This document shows positions 60,246-64,000 of a stretch of DNA of 64,000 bases, in pieces (within the stretch, counting starts at the first letter, position 1; every line of letters begins with the position of its first letter). Source of the DNA: Eledone cirrhosa (Eukaryota); assembly GCA_964016885.1 (NCBI GenBank), contig OZ024750.1, positions 50,592,001 to 50,656,000 of the forward strand. The letters run 5' to 3'. The notes below the pieces were generated by a model. It saw only the letters and a program-made list of their open reading frames with translations, searched no databases and was not told the DNA's origin. The translations under genes and the position numbers were made by a program.

Positions 60246-60626
60246 TACAAATATTAATAAAATGGTTGTTCTTTTGATCAATTCAATTTTATTATACATA
60301 TTTCAGAGGTACAACATTACGTCCTAATCCGACAAAATATAATGATACATGACATACCCTGAGATGTTAAATGGTTAAGATTTAATCAAGTAATCTTAAC
60401 CATTTAACATCTCAGGGTATGTCATGTATCATTATATTTTGTCTGATGAGGACGTAATGTTGTACCTCTGAAATATGTATAATAAAATTTAATTGATCAA
60501 AAGAACATTTATTTTAATAATATTTGTATTTTAATATTAATAAATCTGGAAAATTAATACTGTAGAGTGCTCCCAATCTACTGTAAATCTCATTCTTTGA
60601 TGTACTCATTGAATCTTGTATAACTC

Positions 60627-60686
<60 letters not shown>

Positions 60687-60784
60687 TAAGGAGTTATACA
60701 AGATTCAATGAGTACATCAAAGAATGAGGTTTACAGTAGATTGGAAGCACTCTACAGTATTAATTTTCCAGATTTATTAATATT

Positions 60785-60790
<6 letters not shown>
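60240..60790. repeat. Double fold-back of a PLE pLTR (centres ~60390 and the (TA)n at ~60655)
   Basis: 60240-60382 vs 60393-60535; 60530-60630 vs 60688-60790. Confidence 0.85.
60436..60487 (+). ncRNA. Minimal type I hammerhead ribozyme
   Basis: ATTTTGT-CTGATGA-GGACGTA..TACCTCT-GAAA-T(ATGT)A-TA-ATAAAAT; the mirror copy has a mutated core. Confidence 0.7.
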
Positions 60791-60819
<29 letters not shown>

Positions 60820-60914
60820 GTAGAACACTGGAAGGTAATATCCGTAGTGGTAGAGCACTCAGTCCATGTGACGTGTTAGGTAGAAGTGGTTACACAACAG
60901 TTAGTTCACCATAC

Positions 60915-60952
60915 CGAGAACAATTGTTTCTCCTTAGCGGATCCTCAGTTCA
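60915..60952 (-). ncRNA. Hammerhead ribozyme in the 3' pLTR of the long PLE
   Basis: TGAA-CTGAGGA-TCC(GCTAA)GGA-GAAA-C(AATT)G-TT-CTCG. Confidence 0.75.
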
Positions 60953-61119
60953 TAATGGACATGGTTATACGAAACAGGAAGGACAACCGTATGAACGCCC
61001 ATGCGCAGAAACGTCAGTTCACACAGGCAATACTAAATTTCGTGCGAGTGGTGTAAGGGAGATAACTGCAAAAGTCCGAAAATATCTAGTTGATAAGAAA
61101 ATTAGGATGTTGTTGTAAT

Positions 61120-63219
61120 TCAATCCGGAGCTTTGTAGTTATGTAAGAGGTGTTTCCAGACGTGTGGATAAAGTGTAAAGAATTCAATTCTCGTTTTAAA
61201 GCACTCGCTATTGCGCAATCTCTTTAGAATATTTATTCGTTCATCAATACATAGTCCACACGACGGATTGCCCCTTGCGTATGGCTTGGACTTAGTGATG
61301 GCTTTCCATTGAATGGAGTAGTCTATACTCGAGTTATTGAGGGACCATACGTGTCTCGCGAATTTCGTGGATGAACGTCTGTCCGGGTACCTAAATGTCA
61401 ACTCTTGGTTCAGAAAGCGTTCCTTAAATCGGCCCTCCGCCATACCCACATAGGATTTGACCCCCTGTGGTTGATTTGGTCGGTTGGAAGTGACCACAGC
61501 TTCATAAACTACAGCGGGTGTGTTGCATTGCTGTTGAAGGGGACAAGCCTCGGGCTTACGGTAAGAGCACCCTGGTGGGGTGTTTCTCTTAGGGCTGTTG
61601 GTGATGTGGGCCTTCATGTTCTTAGCGCAGGAGTATCCTAGTTTTACTTTGTGTCGGTTAAAGATGGAGCGGTATTTATGACCAATGGGAAAGTATCTAT
61701 CTAAGAGGGCTAGACATTTTTTGCCTACATTGGTTTTAACGTTGAGTGAGAAGGGAGGAGAGAACCAGATAGTTTTTCTATTGTTACGCTTTCTTTTCTT
61801 ATTGCTGTTGTTGTTATTAGAGGAGTAAGTGATAGGTTGCGAGAAGCCGCTCTTAGCTAACGCCGTGTTATAGTAGGGTGCCGCCCTGTCAAAGATAGCC
61901 TTATTAGAGGAGAGGTTTGAGATTCTAGTACTGATGTTATTTACGAAGTTTCTAAAAACAGTGGTAGGGTGGCATGAGTCCTTGTAAATGTAATTGAGTT
62001 TTTCGTTTAGCTTATGGAAGGGTTTGTAGGTGTGTGTGCGAAGGTCTAAATTAATGTCTAAGAAATCTACGCTAGAGAGGTTGGTAGCTACTGTTATCCT
62101 AAGTCCTAACACATTGAAGGTAGAAGATAAGTCTTTTTAATACCGCTCGAAGTTGTGACCACATTTATGGCTCGATAAGGTCAGTCCATCCACGCGGTAT
62201 ATTCCTATGTGGAAGTCCGGGAATCTAACACGTAATATGTCTAAAATAAATAGGCCAACCAAGTCGCATACGTCCGTTCTGACAAACGATCCCATGAAGA
62301 CGTCGAATAGGTCTGAAGTTGTTGACTTCTTTGGCCAGACAACTCCGTTGTTGAAGAGGGGGGATGTCCGGCAGGTAGCGATGATTTCCCTGTCTAAACC
62401 ATCGACGACAGTGTAAGTGGTTGCAAAGTCCAACGCTTTGTTTAACAGGGTCGCTGAGATCGAGGGGTAAAAATCAACAATGTCAAACTGTGTGAACTTT
62501 GGATTTGAAGGAGTTAAATCACTTGATTAGGGAGTCGCTGTTCTCCCACTGGGACAGGTTGGACTTGGTCCTAATGGTCTTAACTATGTTTCCAAATATG
62601 CCCTTACTGACTAGTCCCATATCTGTGCGTGCCGGCTTTATTAGTCTACATGTGGGGTTAGATGGAAATCTACCTTGTGATCTTTCAGGGTGATGAACGC
62701 CTCCCGCTTAGCTAGAGATTGTAGCTTCTTATCTACCTTAAGGTCGGCGCCAAGTTCTTTAGCTTCTGTATTAATGTTTTGGTAGGCCACAGGTTTAGCT
62801 TTCTTATATCTGGAAGTAATAGCGTTATGGGCCAGGTGGCGGAAAGTGGTGTTGTCGACTTCGTAAATATTATTAGTTTTGTCGGAAAGAACGAAGGTGT
62901 TATTAGAAGACCTAAATTTCTTAATATCATTTCTAAGTTTAGTTTGAAAGGTTTTAGGGTGTTTGCGAAAAGAAATGTTAGCGACTAAGTCAAGATGGTC
63001 CGCCTCGAAAGGAGCAAGTTCAGTTACCTTAGGAGGGTAGGCTCTCAATTTCAGGTGGAAGGTATTATGGGTGTCTGTAATTTTGCCGTCAAATGATAGG
63101 GTTTGCCATTTTAAGCGTCTGACGACATCTTCCGCTTTTTATAGGAGAATCTTTTGGTAAACATGGTTGGATGGAGTGGGAATGTTCTTCAGGGAGTAAT
63201 CCAGTTCGTATAAATCCAT
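61120..63219 (-). mobile_element. Near-complete Naiad/Chlamys-type PLE ORF (RT + GIY-YIG), with stops and frameshifts
   Basis: MDLYELDYSLKNIPTPS..VRRLKW; SDKTNNIY; FITLKDHK; QFDIVDFYPSIS; MGSF..DVCDLVG; GIYRVDGL; VDFLDI; VVYEA..SYVGMAEGRFKERF..CGLCIDE; inverted partial pLTR at 63294-63368. Confidence 0.95.
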
Positions 63220-63838
63220 ACTGACGTTGATGAGAGACAAAATTGTGTAGGACACGAGGATATAGAGAACGCTCACAGGATAGGAAGCCAAACTGAATTA
63301 CAACATCCTAATTTTCTTATCAACTTGAAACTTTCGGACTTTCGCAGTTATCACCCTTACACCTCTCGACAAACCTACATTTGGCGCAAAATCAATTTTT
63401 AACATTCACGTGACCTCAACCGACCAATCAAAATTGTTTTGACTACAAGAATTTTTGCAACACGAATTGGCGCGAAACTTATAGTACTCATTCACGTGAC
63501 ATTCAACAACCAACTAAATCTTAATACCTCTGGAGCCACTTTTTTCACATAAAATAGGTAGAATTTCCAAAACTGATCAGATTAGACAAACATCACGAAC
63601 GCTCTATCTCAAAATTATTTTTGAAAAGCATTAGAAATGCGCAACCGGTAAAAACTTAAAACTAAAACTGAATACTAACCAATACTTATTACTAATTTTT
63701 ACTTATTCCTAATTAAACTATTTTTCACTGGGAAAAATGTGTCAGCATTTTCTTTTCCTTTTACTAATATATATATACTTATGTAATAAACAACATAAGA
63801 TAATTATTTCATTTACTGGACCTTTCCGACGGAATTAC

Positions 63839-63900
<62 letters not shown>

Positions 63901-63903
<3 letters not shown>

Positions 63904-64000
63904 GTTTCTACTTTAGGCACATGGCCAGCAACTACCCAGTGAATTACTGGTACTTTATTTTATCGACCCCGTAACGATGAAAGGCAAAGTCAACCTCGGC
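63901..64000 (-). mobile_element. SINE family B, 3' part (runs off the window)
   Basis: Identity to 36767-36870. Confidence 0.9.

Noticed and set aside
61120-62112. Selenoprotein-type Naiad (UGA at Cys positions plus SECIS)
   Set aside because: Zinc-ligand positions read as Cys or other sense codons here and at 3030-3350; no convincing SECIS seen

Overview
AT-rich, microsatellite-saturated animal genomic DNA. The tRNA-type SINEs plus RTE-BovB and Dong/R4 LINEs are typical of octopod cephalopods (taxon is inference). No intact host gene is recognisable; most ORFs in the track are microsatellite read-throughs. The window is a retroelement graveyard. It holds at least 8 Penelope-like element (PLE) remnants, including one near-complete Naiad/Chlamys-type RT+GIY-YIG copy at 61120-63219, many with inverted pseudo-LTR fold-backs and ends abutting (TA)n. 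It also holds about 17 type-I hammerhead ribozyme (HHR) motifs, several with 70-105 nt stem II inserts. Other elements: RTE, Dong/R4 and CRE LINE fragments, the first two stacked in (ATAC)n tracts; a bipartite RTE-derived non-autonomous element with a possible HDV-like ribozyme relic; about 11 copies of one SINE; mariner, hAT and Helentron-like remnants. Two structures remain unexplained: a compact decayed cassette at 12.0-14.3 kb (SGNH-hydrolase-like relic, convergent ORF, inverted repeats) and three tandem internally palindromic units at 27.8-31.4 kb. All alignments, folds and translations were done by eye, so boundaries are approximate.
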